Shown here one piece after another: positions 1-8,659 of a stretch of DNA of 64,000 bases. The position numbers were made by a program, and so were the translations under genes. Source of the DNA: a virus; the IMG/VR virus record IMGVR_UViG_3300031227_009907, positions 17,577 through 81,576 of that record; one strand, written 5' to 3'. Below the pieces are notes generated by a model. That model had not been told where the DNA came from. It searched no databases and worked only from the letters and a program-made list of their open reading frames with translations. Within the stretch, counting starts at the first letter, position 1. The number at the start of each line of letters is the position of its first letter.

Positions 1-1
1 C

Positions 2-205
2 GCTGACGATCATGGAGGGGAAGCACTCGGGCAGGACGTTGTTGAGCGCCTCGATGAACTCCACAAGCGTAAGATTGACCTGTGTGATTGGGTGATGGTG
101 CTTAATGTGGATGGTTATATTGGAGAAAGCACAAGTTCTGAGATTGAATACGCACGGAAACATGGGAAGCCTATTAAATACTTGTGTCCAGAATTTGTGA
201 AATAA
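2..205 (+). CDS. 3' part of nucleoside 2-deoxyribosyltransferase-like protein (truncated by window start)
   Basis: Frame 2 reads ...LDELHKRKIDLCDWVMVLNVDGYIGESTSSEIEYARKHGKPIKY*, typical of small phage NDT-like proteins. Confidence 0.7.
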   Translation, partial: ADDHGGEALGQDVVERLDELHKRKIDLCDWVMVLNVDGYIGESTSSEIEYARKHGKPIKYLCPEFVK

Positions 206-210
206 AATGT

Positions 211-297
211 GGGCCAGTGGCGGAACGGCAGACGCAAGGGACTTAAAATCCCTCGTTATTAAATAACATATGGGTTCGACTCCCATCTGGCCCACCA
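211..297 (+). tRNA. tRNA-Leu(UAA)
   Basis: GGGCCAG/CTGGCCC acceptor, AGGGA-CT-TAA-AA-TCCCT anticodon arm, long variable arm, GGTTCGA T-loop, encoded CCA. Confidence 0.95.
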
Positions 298-308
298 TTT
301 ATATATAA

Positions 309-384
309 GGGGATGTAACTCAATCGGCAGAGTAACGCCCTTTTAAGGCGTGAGTTCGGGGTTCGAGTCCCCGCGTCCCCACCA
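309..384 (+). tRNA. tRNA-Lys(UUU)
   Basis: GGGGATG/CGTCCCC acceptor, ACGCC-CT-TTT-AA-GGCGT anticodon arm, GTTCGAG T-loop, encoded CCA. Confidence 0.95.
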
Positions 385-389
385 TTTAT

Positions 390-479
390 GGGATCGTAGC
401 TCAGTTTGGACAGAGCATTCGCCTTATAAGCGAAAGGCCATTTTGGTTCACGTTGGTTCAAATCCAACCGGTCCCACCA
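390..479 (+). tRNA. tRNA with UAU anticodon (nominal Ile) and 17-nt variable arm
   Basis: GGGATCG/CGGTCCC acceptor, GCTC/GAGC D-stem, TTCGC-CT-TAT-AA-GCGAA, variable region AGGCCATTTTGGTTCAC, GTTGG-TTCAAAT-CCAAC, ACCA. Confidence 0.9.
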
Positions 480-501
480 ATATAGCTTGGGGAATATTTA
501 A

Positions 502-1560
502 GTGAGTATTTCTATTAAAATAGATGAAAAGTTTCTTAAGTGTAAAAGTGTAGATGTTCGTGATGTTCTTAGAAAGGTTAATGTTGATATTGCAAGTGAA
601 ACAGATAAGGATTATATAGTTCGTTGCATCAATTCAGCCCACAAAGATAGACATCCTTCCCTTCGCATATGTAAGGTATCTGGATTATTTCATTGTTATC
701 CCTGTGGGACAGGGGGGGACATTGTTAAATTTGTTTCTATTCTAATGGGGATAAATAGAGAAGAATCTTTTGAATATATTTTTGGCGAAAGTTATTCTAT
801 GGGAGAGATAGAAATGTTAAAATCAAGATTGAATTCTGTAAAGGAGGATTTAATTGAGGTGCCAAAATTACAAGAATATAAGATTCCTAAGGCTGCTGTT
901 TTAGCGGACACAAGAGGATATGGATACCACCACAATATAATGAAACTATTTTTTGCCTATTTGAAAGGGAGAGGTATATCGACTAAAACGATAACAGCTT
1001 TTAATGTTATGGGAGTTAAAGATATTAAGGGGGCTCTTTTTATTCTTTTTCCTGTAGTTGTTGGAGGAAAGTGTATAGGGACGGTTAAAAGGTCTATTAA
1101 AGGAAAAGTATTCCTGAACAGTAAAAGGTTTCCTATGAAATATGTTTTATATAATGTTGATAGAGTTAAAAGTGGGAAACCTGTTGTGTTGACAGAGAGC
1201 ATATTTAATGTTTTAAGGACATATCAGGCTGGCTATACTGCCGTAGGAATATTAGGATCAGTATGGAATGAGTATAAATGCTCATTGCTCATTAGAAGGA
1301 AGCCAAGTAGATTTATATTCTTTTATGATAGAGACTCTGCCGGTATCCAGCTATTTCATAAGGCCGCAAAAGATTTGTTGAGCTTTGGTTCAGTGAGTGT
1401 TGTTTCTTGGGACCATATGTCTAAGGTTAGGGCTAATGGTAAGAAGATTAATGATGCGGCTGATTTAACAGAGAAGGAAGTAAAGATGATGATATTAAAT
1501 GCGAAGACAGTTAATAGATATGAAGAGTGGGATAGTTTAAGAGAGAGGTTGGTGAGGTGA
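502..1560 (+). CDS. DNA primase (CHC2 zinc finger + TOPRIM)
   Basis: C..H.D..PS..CYPC zinc-binding domain; TESIFN and YDRDSAG TOPRIM motifs; ND.AD. Confidence 0.85.
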   Translation: MSISIKIDEKFLKCKSVDVRDVLRKVNVDIASETDKDYIVRCINSAHKDRHPSLRICKVSGLFHCYPCGTGGDIVKFVSILMGINREESFEYIFGESYSMGEIEMLKSRLNSVKEDLIEVPKLQEYKIPKAAVLADTRGYGYHHNIMKLFFAYLKGRGISTKTITAFNVMGVKDIKGALFILFPVVVGGKCIGTVKRSIKGKVFLNSKRFPMKYVLYNVDRVKSGKPVVLTESIFNVLRTYQAGYTAVGILGSVWNEYKCSLLIRRKPSRFIFFYDRDSAGIQLFHKAAKDLLSFGSVSVVSWDHMSKVRANGKKINDAADLTEKEVKMMILNAKTVNRYEEWDSLRERLVR

Positions 1561-1886
1561 AGAAAATAGTAAAGTTTGAATCTAATGAAGTCCCGTATGT
1601 GCCTCTTTATACGATGAGTGTATTTGATCGTGCAGGAAGGTTAGCTCGTTTGAATAGGCTTATGTTTGTTTTATTTGATAAACTTAGAATTCTTGGAGTG
1701 TGGCAATTTATTAAATATAAAATAATGCCTCGTTGGATTAGAAAGGAATTTATTGGAGTGCCTGGTTTATTTTTAGGGGATAGTCTTTTACTTGGGGTTG
1801 TGCAAGCTACAATAAAATACAATAATGCAATGACATATAATAGGAAATTTTTTACCGATATGGGGATTAGGGGGAACTATTCGTGA
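1557..1886 (+). CDS. hypothetical protein
   Basis: GTGA overlap with primase stop, GAGG SD. Confidence 0.6.
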   Translation: MKKIVKFESNEVPYVPLYTMSVFDRAGRLARLNRLMFVLFDKLRILGVWQFIKYKIMPRWIRKEFIGVPGLFLGDSLLLGVVQATIKYNNAMTYNRKFFTDMGIRGNYS

Positions 1887-1914
1887 ACAAATTAAAACAC
1901 GATAGAACGATATA

Positions 1915-1944
1915 GGGTGGTCTACCGTTAGGGGGGGCCATTTT
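1915..1944 (+). terminator. possible intrinsic terminator
   Basis: GGTGGTCT..GGGGCCATT stem with short T run, after a gene block and before an AT-rich spacer. Confidence 0.4.
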
Positions 1945-2102
1945 GAACTGCTAAAGAGATATATAATAATGATACCCGGTATGCGGTATCTTGGGCTCCT
2001 AGCAAGTTTTATTCCATTATATCAAAAATATAAAATAAAATGGTTTTATCTTTGGCATAAGATTTGCTCCCATTATATTCTTAATTATTCTTTGGAATTA
2101 CC

Positions 2103-2131
2103 TTGACTATGCTCTGTGCATATGGTATGCT
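2103..2131 (+). promoter_or_regulatory. sigma70-type early promoter
   Basis: TTGACT-17nt-TATGCT with TG extended -10 and AT-rich upstream DNA. Confidence 0.75.
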
Positions 2132-2174
2132 TTACATGTGGGTTTAGAGTCCATTGTCTAAGGGAATTTCAGAT

Positions 2175-2456
2175 ATGCAAACCTTGAGTCACGAAAATGG
2201 GAGTATCTCTGTCTATCGTGGACCTTGGCAAATCATGGTTGCCGTCAAACATTGTCTCTGTTCTGATGGGAGAAAAAGAAGAGTCAGGATTACTGCGGTC
2301 CCTGATACGTTTTTTACTGTGTCCGGTTCTGTCCAGGTCAAAGGGAAAACGGTATCTGGATTCGTCACTACCTCTGCCACATGGAGTGGCGCCAAAGAAG
2401 GTCTTATATTTGTATCAAAAAGATATGGGAAAAATGCGAGTCTATTGCCGGAATAG
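2175..2456 (+). CDS. hypothetical early protein
   Basis: ORF directly behind promoter; DTFFTV..V.VKGKTVSGFVT pattern. Confidence 0.7.
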   Translation: MQTLSHENGSISVYRGPWQIMVAVKHCLCSDGRKRRVRITAVPDTFFTVSGSVQVKGKTVSGFVTTSATWSGAKEGLIFVSKRYGKNASLLPE

Positions 2457-2475
2457 ATGCAGCCTGGGAAGAATT

Positions 2476-2822
2476 CAAGGCAAGCTTAGAGTCTTAGAGT
2501 ATGAAGGAGCTTGAAAATGAGATATTACTACGCTGCCCAGAGTCCGAAAGGGTCTCGTAATGAGGTAAACGTACATCGGTTCAACTTGCGCGCATCCCGT
2601 GACGCTTGGGTCTCGGAGCATCGGTCCGACGGTGGCGTCAACAGTGTCACGCGGGGTGCGTACGTCCTGACCGCTGTTTCTGCGTGTCGCAAGCTTGCGA
2701 CCGTAAGCATGAATGTAACTACCTCTCTCGTGGATCACGACGGGCTAGGAGAGCGTCCGATCTAAAGACCTAAATTATGGATGGGAAGCAAGGCAACCTT
2801 AGAGTCTTAGAGTATAAAGGAG
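2476..2822 (+). repeat. 34-bp direct repeat pair (2476-2509, 2789-2822) flanking ORF 2517-2765
   Basis: CAAGGCAA(G/C)CTTAGAGTCTTAGAGTAT(G/A)AAGGAG; related cores at ~3006, 3336, 4182. Confidence 0.9.
2517..2765 (+). CDS. hypothetical early protein (GC-rich)
   Basis: AAGGAG SD then ATG; GC-richer than flanks. Confidence 0.7.
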   Translation: MRYYYAAQSPKGSRNEVNVHRFNLRASRDAWVSEHRSDGGVNSVTRGAYVLTAVSACRKLATVSMNVTTSLVDHDGLGERPI

Positions 2823-2828
2823 TCCAGA

Positions 2829-3002
2829 GTGTACACAGTCAAAGATTGCGCCGGAAGTGTTTCTTGTCTAAATCGGAGGGAATTGCGGGCTGTCTTGAGA
2901 TATGAAGGTCTCACGCGCAAGGCCTTATTCTTTGTGCTGAAGGCACTAGACTTTTACCGTGTCGTCGTGAATGTTGGGGCGTTGTCTGTCTCTAGGGTTT
3001 AG
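2829..3002 (+). CDS. hypothetical 57-aa protein (not in ORF track)
   Basis: AAAGGAG SD, GTG start, (M)YTVKDCAGSVSCLNRRELRAVL...SRV*. Confidence 0.55.
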   Translation: MYTVKDCAGSVSCLNRRELRAVLRYEGLTRKALFFVLKALDFYRVVVNVGALSVSRV

Positions 3003-3031
3003 TTGAGAGTCCTAAAAGGGAGAGTCCGGTA

Positions 3032-3307
3032 ATGAAAAAACCGAAAGTGATCCATGTTAGTGGGCGTCGGTGGTTTGATAAGGCAAGCGGCAACACGTAC
3101 CATACGTGCAGAATTTGGGCAGATGTAGACTGCGTCTATGTCTCGGGTATCACATGTGGATGCGGTAGTCAATATAAGGCTACCGCCGAAAGCTGGTTAT
3201 ACGAGAATGGATATCTGGAGGATATAGGAAAGAAAGGCATTACATTTGTAAGCGACGTTTCTGATGTTGGACGGCTTAAAGACCTTTGGGGACAACAGCA
3301 GAATTGA
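3032..3307 (+). CDS. hypothetical early protein, paralog of 4206-4508
   Basis: KPKVIHVSGRRWF..GNTYHTCRIW shared with 4206-4508. Confidence 0.75.
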   Translation: MKKPKVIHVSGRRWFDKASGNTYHTCRIWADVDCVYVSGITCGCGSQYKATAESWLYENGYLEDIGKKGITFVSDVSDVGRLKDLWGQQQN

Positions 3308-4200
3308 GGAATCTTTGTGTTGGGCATTGGAAAGTTTAGAGTCTTAGGGAGAGTTTGCAATGGTATCTCAAGCAGACAACGTGCAAGGTATCGCCGATAA
3401 GTTTGTCGGCAATTGGAAAAAATTTGATTCGTTTAGTTGGTCGGGTATGCCCGATTGTGCCGATGAATGCGGCATATATTACGTGGGTACGCGCGATTCT
3501 GGTTTGCTAGAGGAAAGTAATTCTCAAGCGATTCAAGCGTCTCTAGAGCAGCACATGGGAGACATAGATGAAGGTGGCGATATACGAATTGAAACACATA
3601 GTCATTATGCGTTTGGGTGGATAGAGGGATTGACTATCCGCGTATATCGTTGTGGCGTTTTTACGAAAGGATTTTTAGCGTTTGTTGAATTGTTGACGGC
3701 GCTAGAATCCTATCCCATCCTAGATGAACAGGATTGGTCCAGGCGCGAATATGAAGCCACCCTTGAGAGCATATCAGAGGTAGGCGGGAGCTTTGTATCT
3801 GATGATGTGTCTGAGGGCTGGCAAGGGGCAGTTTTTTCAGCTTTGGACGATAGACAAGTTGAGTCTAGAGACGGCAACGGTGGATACCCTGAAGAATCCG
3901 CCGTCAGACAGGCGCTAGGGGGACTAGGCTACTTGGACAGGGGATATGTTATCGAAGATATTGAGTCAAGCCTTGATTTATTTGGTCTTTGGCTAGATAC
4001 ATTCCCTGACGATATTGCCGATATCGTGCTTGACAGGTTGACCAAGGGGAATAAAGAGGTTATCGGGCAAGGTAGGTTGCCGGGCATGGAAAGTGTTGAC
4101 CTGGCAGACTATGGCGTCTCTGACCTTTACCTTGGGGACAACAGCAGAATTGAAAAGTCTTTGTGTTGGGCATTGAAAGGTCTAAAGTCTTAGGGAGAGT
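3281..4200 (+). repeat. ~75-bp direct repeat pair (3281-3355, 4122-4200) flanking ORF 3360-4193
   Basis: TTGGGGACAACAGCAGAATTGA..TCTTTGTGTTGGGCATTG..AGTCTTAGGGAGAGT twice. Confidence 0.9.
3360..4193 (+). CDS. acidic hypothetical early protein
   Basis: 277 aa, GGGAG SD; DS..LE.SN, H.A.GW.E, YP.LDE motifs. Confidence 0.8.
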   Translation: MVSQADNVQGIADKFVGNWKKFDSFSWSGMPDCADECGIYYVGTRDSGLLEESNSQAIQASLEQHMGDIDEGGDIRIETHSHYAFGWIEGLTIRVYRCGVFTKGFLAFVELLTALESYPILDEQDWSRREYEATLESISEVGGSFVSDDVSEGWQGAVFSALDDRQVESRDGNGGYPEESAVRQALGGLGYLDRGYVIEDIESSLDLFGLWLDTFPDDIADIVLDRLTKGNKEVIGQGRLPGMESVDLADYGVSDLYLGDNSRIEKSLCWALKGLKS

Positions 4201-4205
4201 CTGTA

Positions 4206-4508
4206 ATGCGAAAACCGAAAGTGATCCACGTTAGTGGGCGTCGGTGGTTCGGGAAAACTAATGGCAACACGTACCATACGTGCAGAATTTGGGTAGACGG
4301 AAAATTGGTTTATGTTTCAGGTCTCACATACGGGTACAGAGACCAGTATGAGGCTACGGCTGAAAGGTGGCTATATGAAAATGGATACCTGAAGGGGATA
4401 GAATCATATTCTAACGGGGGCCGGGAATCCCTGTATTACTATTGCGAAAAGAAAGGCATCAAACTTGTGAGCGACGTCTCAGACGTTTGTCGGCGTAAAG
4501 ACCTGTAG
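4206..4508 (+). CDS. hypothetical early protein, paralog of 3032-3307
   Basis: High identity to 3032-3307. Confidence 0.8.
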   Translation: MRKPKVIHVSGRRWFGKTNGNTYHTCRIWVDGKLVYVSGLTYGYRDQYEATAERWLYENGYLKGIESYSNGGRESLYYYCEKKGIKLVSDVSDVCRRKDL

Positions 4509-4609
4509 GGGATATGCCAAGGTCTGTGTTTATTTAGAGGGTCCGCATCCGAATCGCGTTATCTGGGATGCGATAGGGATTGTTGAGGGTGGCGTCTTGG
4601 TAGAGATTT

Positions 4610-4858
4610 TTAGATAGTTTTCTTAAGGGGATAAGCCAGGATGAGAGTAAAAAAGCCTGTGTTGAAAAATCTTAGGATGAAACATAAAGAGATATTGGAA
4701 ATGGTTGAGCAGGCTAGATTCAATCTGAGACTTTGGATCGAATTTAGCGAAGATGCAATGTACGAAAAAGGGATAGGCTTTGATTGTTTGTTGGCTGTGG
4801 AAAATCTTCTCAATAAAGCTCTTAGATAGTTTTCTTAAGGAGATATGCCAGGATGAGA
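4610..4858 (+). repeat. 37-bp direct repeat pair (4610-4646, 4822-4858) containing SD + start codon
   Basis: TTAGATAGTTTTCTTAAGG(G/A)GATA(A/T)GCCAGGATGAGA twice. Confidence 0.9.
4641..4829 (+). CDS. hypothetical protein
   Basis: SD+ATG within repeat; 62 aa. Confidence 0.6.
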   Translation: MRVKKPVLKNLRMKHKEILEMVEQARFNLRLWIEFSEDAMYEKGIGFDCLLAVENLLNKALR

Positions 4859-5275
4859 AGAAACGAGCATTCAGTTAAATCAAGTGACCGGGTTGAGTTA
4901 GGAGAGTACATTTGCTCAATATATCCGCTTGTTGGCGTAACCGTTGACGGCAGAGTAATACGCGATTCAAGCAATGTTCCGAATGTCGATTCAATTGCTG
5001 CGTCTGTGCTCTATTATGACGTGCTCCCTGGACTTAGGGAAGTTCGCATGGTTGATTTTGAATTGACCGGGAAGCACTATTCTGTCAAGGGGAATAATCG
5101 GATTCGTGCGCTTCAAGGGGCGATTGCCGAAAGCAATGAGATTGCGCCGCTTATCGTTGTCGTTGATGAGGGGGGACCTTATATCCTGGAGGGGGCGACG
5201 CGGGCAGATGCGTTGTATAATCTTGGCGCGAAGTCGTTTCCGGCTCTGGTGGTAATAGACGTGGAAAGTCCTTGA
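4853..5275 (+). CDS. ParB/Srx N-terminal-like domain protein
   Basis: IAPLIVVVD..GPYILEGATRADAL resembles ParB P.IV..dG.HR motif (His replaced). Confidence 0.55.
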   Translation: MRRNEHSVKSSDRVELGEYICSIYPLVGVTVDGRVIRDSSNVPNVDSIAASVLYYDVLPGLREVRMVDFELTGKHYSVKGNNRIRALQGAIAESNEIAPLIVVVDEGGPYILEGATRADALYNLGAKSFPALVVIDVESP

Positions 5276-5285
5276 ATAATTTTCC

Positions 5286-5313
5286 TTGACTTCTCGTGGT
5301 TTTGTGATATGTT
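5286..5313 (+). promoter_or_regulatory. sigma70-type promoter
   Basis: TTGACT-16nt-TATGTT with TG extension; same CCTTGACT context as 2103. Confidence 0.55.
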
Positions 5314-5333
5314 TGTATAGTGAGGTCTTGAAA

Positions 5334-5606
5334 GTCTTTTTTCATGGAGCAGAAAAATGGAAGTGAAGTATCCGAATGTGAAGGTTTCATTGGTTGGGAA
5401 AAGCGGAGAGGCTTTTGCAATTCTTGGGGCTGTTGAAGAGGCAATGCGAAGGGCTGGTGTCAACAAAGCAGATAGAGACCGGTACATGGATGAGGCTACG
5501 GCTGGTGATTATGATGCGCTTTTGCAAACGACTATGAAGTGGGTTGAAGTCGAATAGTTTTCTAATGAATTTTTCTTGTCTTTTTTTTCATGGAGCAGAA
5601 AAATGG
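5334..5606 (+). repeat. direct repeat pair (5334-5360, 5578-5606) containing SD + ATG
   Basis: GTCT(n)CATGGAGCAGAAAAATGG twice, flanking ORF 5357-5557. Confidence 0.85.
5357..5557 (+). CDS. small conserved phage/MGE protein
   Basis: LVG..G.AFAILG.V..A.RRAG..A..GDYD.LL...M.WV pattern. Confidence 0.8.
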   Translation: MEVKYPNVKVSLVGKSGEAFAILGAVEEAMRRAGVNKADRDRYMDEATAGDYDALLQTTMKWVEVE

Positions 5607-6388
5607 CGTATCTAGAGAGAATCCCTGTTGGCGATTTTCCGGCAATCGTTAATATGTTAGGGGAAAAAGGGTCTAAAAAATTGGGCTACAACACGTATCT
5701 GGAGTGGAGGAAAGGAGCGCATTCAAAGGGCTGTATCGGGATTAGGTACAATAGCACTTTCGTTGTAACCTATTATCACGATGGGAAAATTGAGCTTAAT
5801 AGTGGCGGCTGGAAAACGCGAACAACTAAACAACGGATTGTTCATGGGTTGCCTGGAGGGTGGAGTTTGAGTCAGAGGGATTCTGTGTGGTATCTGTCTA
5901 ATGGTAGCGTTGATTGGCAGTTCGCAGACGGTATTATCATTGTGCCCGATGGGACCGTTGTAAGTGGCGCTAATCGTACGCTAAGAGAGATTTTTGCGCT
6001 AAAGAAGAAAATTTTAGAGTACTGCAAGGATTATATCGAAAAGCTTTTCAACGGGCATGTTCCGGCCCCTAGTCGTGCGGATTGTTGGTATTGTTTTTTG
6101 AGTACGCGAGAGGGTGTCCCGGTAGGAGAGGCTACCGGTAACATAGATCACCTTGAGAGTCACTTTGAAAGGAGATACTACGTTCCCAGTCTGCTGACTC
6201 GTGCCATTGCAGTAATCCCCGTGTCTAGGCTCGCAATGTCGGTTCTGGGGACATTCTGGGGGGGGAATTGGGCTGAGAGGCAAAAAAGGCAGGCTCTTAA
6301 TTCTGGGTGGAGCAAGGGGATTGCTAAGGAGCAGCTATGTAAAAGCCTCTACAGGTATCTAACGCGGCAATTCGGTTTTGCCAGCTAA
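5603..6388 (+). CDS. hypothetical early protein
   Basis: GGAG SD; NTYL..LNSGGW.T.TTK.R pattern. Confidence 0.8.
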   Translation: MAYLERIPVGDFPAIVNMLGEKGSKKLGYNTYLEWRKGAHSKGCIGIRYNSTFVVTYYHDGKIELNSGGWKTRTTKQRIVHGLPGGWSLSQRDSVWYLSNGSVDWQFADGIIIVPDGTVVSGANRTLREIFALKKKILEYCKDYIEKLFNGHVPAPSRADCWYCFLSTREGVPVGEATGNIDHLESHFERRYYVPSLLTRAIAVIPVSRLAMSVLGTFWGGNWAERQKRQALNSGWSKGIAKEQLCKSLYRYLTRQFGFAS

Positions 6389-6440
6389 GGGGCGGCTTTT
6401 TAATGGGGCTATAGAAAGATAAATCTAAAGGAGAAGTCTA

Positions 6441-7109
6441 ATGGGTTTCAAAGTATTCATTTGTTCGGTGTGTGGCAAAGAAGTTTCTAGAAAAAAATCA
6501 TATGCACTTCCCGATGGGACTCGGGCTTGTCGCGAGCACGAGGTTGCACAGTCGGGACGGCAAGAACTTCAAAAAAGGGAAATTGCCAAGAAGGCGGCTG
6601 AACAGACGAAACGAAGGAAAATAAAGGAACGCGGGGAATTTTTTGGTGAGCCTTTTTGGGGTATGAACCATTGTTGGACCTGTGGGGCTGAGGGAACTCC
6701 TCCGAACGAAATAAAAGACCGTATGATGATTGCGTGGGAGAAGGTGCGTCTGAAGGCAGAGTCGGACCCGTTCGCCGCTCCTATCAATTTTCTATCTCCC
6801 AATTTTTTTATTGCGCTGAGGAAAGAATCGGGGATAGAAAATCCTCTTATACAATTCGTAGTGTCTCCCGAGAGGATGGGAGAAATTCTCAATCGTACTA
6901 AGCACTCTCAGAGACAGGCAGTTGAATTTGTCGGGATTACGCAGATATGTCCGAAGTGCGCCAAGGAACTAGGAATGGAGCCACCCTCCATTCCCGAAAT
7001 AAACATAGAGAATTTGTCTACAATGAGCGCTATCTATGATGTAATGGTTAGGCCAGCGGTGGAAGATCGGGCACGGGCTGAAATTAGGGAAGAGGTCGCT
7101 AGAAACTGA
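6441..7109 (+). CDS. Zn-finger hypothetical protein
   Basis: CSVC..CREH, CWTC, CPKC. Confidence 0.75.
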   Translation: MGFKVFICSVCGKEVSRKKSYALPDGTRACREHEVAQSGRQELQKREIAKKAAEQTKRRKIKERGEFFGEPFWGMNHCWTCGAEGTPPNEIKDRMMIAWEKVRLKAESDPFAAPINFLSPNFFIALRKESGIENPLIQFVVSPERMGEILNRTKHSQRQAVEFVGITQICPKCAKELGMEPPSIPEINIENLSTMSAIYDVMVRPAVEDRARAEIREEVARN

Positions 7110-7162
7110 AATTAAGGGGATTGTTTACATATGTTTTATTTGTCTAAAAAGGAGTCTTTGAA

Positions 7163-7915
7163 ATGTTGAACGTGGAAGTATGCGGTAGAGAAAAGACGTT
7201 GGCTCAGTTGAAACTAATCCCTGTAGATCGTCCTGAGAGGGCGTCGGACCGGGGGCACGGTGTCTCACACCACGAACTAGCCACGGGGCTGCTAGGCGAG
7301 TTCCAGGACAGGGAAATTGACGTTGTGGGGCATAGGTGGGCGACCGATAAGACAAATCAGGTTTTAGTGGGGGCTATTGAGGTAAAATTTCCCGAAGAAT
7401 TCGACGTTCCTGAGATCGCTGGCATGGGATATTGTCTGGGCGTACGTCATTCAAATGATTTGAGGTATGCGCTCGTGGGGGCCGTTGGCGCAAGAGTTTT
7501 TGCTTGTTCTAATGGCGTTATCACGGGGCAATTCGTTATGTCTCGGAGGCATACGAAAAACATTGACCTTGATGAGCAGATTTATAACGGGATTACACGT
7601 TTCATCAGAGAGGCCAGAGGCGTTAGTTTCTTTGTGGATACTCTCCAGGAGAGAAAATTGTCTGATTCGGATAGTGATAGGATTCTCATGGAGGCAGGCC
7701 GGCAAAGGCTCATCCCGTGGAGTCGAATTGGGCGGATCGATAGAGAGTATCACAATCCGTCTTGTGAGGAGTTTGAGCCCGGGAATGCCTGGGGGCTGTA
7801 TAACGCTTTTACGCGATACGTCCAGCTATCCCCTCCACACGATCAGATGAGAGCGATTGCGGGATTTAGGCCGGTTATTCTTGGAGAGAAGCCAGAAACA
7901 TATCTTGGAAATTAA
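7163..7915 (+). CDS. DUF932-family protein
   Basis: LGVRHSND..GARVFACSNG..RRHT..WGLYNAFT signature. Confidence 0.75.
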   Translation: MLNVEVCGREKTLAQLKLIPVDRPERASDRGHGVSHHELATGLLGEFQDREIDVVGHRWATDKTNQVLVGAIEVKFPEEFDVPEIAGMGYCLGVRHSNDLRYALVGAVGARVFACSNGVITGQFVMSRRHTKNIDLDEQIYNGITRFIREARGVSFFVDTLQERKLSDSDSDRILMEAGRQRLIPWSRIGRIDREYHNPSCEEFEPGNAWGLYNAFTRYVQLSPPHDQMRAIAGFRPVILGEKPETYLGN

Positions 7916-7926
7916 GGGAGAAAGAA

Positions 7927-8109
7927 ATGAGTGGAACCGTAGAGAAATTGTCGGATGAAGACTTTGCAGAAAGGGTTAAACAAATGGTCTTAGACATTGA
8001 TCCTAATGAGATCAACCCAGAGGAATTGGATAGCTTTCTTGGGTCTTTATGGGTCACTTTTGGTCTTGATGTCTTTTTTGAAGATGGTTCCTGGCGTATC
8101 CATAAGTAG
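7927..8109 (+). CDS. small acidic hypothetical protein
   Basis: GGGAG SD, 60 aa. Confidence 0.6.
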   Translation: MSGTVEKLSDEDFAERVKQMVLDIDPNEINPEELDSFLGSLWVTFGLDVFFEDGSWRIHK

Positions 8110-8120
8110 GGAGAAATGAA

Positions 8121-8645
8121 ATGGAGCCTCGTTGTCCAGTAGTGAAGAATGGAGATGGGTTTTGTATGGGGAGTAGATGCCGATGGTGGATGAAAGAAGA
8201 AAAGGAGTGTGCTATTTCGTTGATAGCAAAGCGGGCTATTGATGCTGGGATCACGGCGGCGGTGGTGCAAGCGGAGAAAGGGGTGTGTACGCGTTGTTGG
8301 GGGACTGGATGGTTGCATGATTTGTCTAATAAGCCAACCAATGTGCGGTGTCCTAATGGATGTTCTAAGCCTGATCTTTCAGAAGAGAAGTGTGGGATTT
8401 GTGGACGTGGGTTAGTAGACGGTCAGTGTCCAGATGATACAGGATTTCCTGAGCCCCCAGAAGAATTAAAATCTTTTATTGTTGGAAAGGACTATGTCAA
8501 TACATCTTATGTTAGGGTGATGGCGAAAAATGAGGGGGAAGCAAAACAGAAAGCGGAGGGTGGCGGGCCTCTTGTGATTGGGATACAGGATCAATTTAAG
8601 TGTTGGTTGGATTGTGACCAGTGGAGCGTCCAAGAGGACAAATAA
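8121..8645 (+). CDS. Cys-rich hypothetical protein
   Basis: CP..C...C.WW..CAI; CTRCWGTG; CPNGC; CGICG. Confidence 0.7.
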   Translation: MEPRCPVVKNGDGFCMGSRCRWWMKEEKECAISLIAKRAIDAGITAAVVQAEKGVCTRCWGTGWLHDLSNKPTNVRCPNGCSKPDLSEEKCGICGRGLVDGQCPDDTGFPEPPEELKSFIVGKDYVNTSYVRVMAKNEGEAKQKAEGGGPLVIGIQDQFKCWLDCDQWSVQEDK

Positions 8646-8659
8646 GCAAGGAGAATGCT

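Noticed and set aside
243-467. Minus-strand 74-aa ORF
   Set aside because: Antisense shadow of the three tRNA genes
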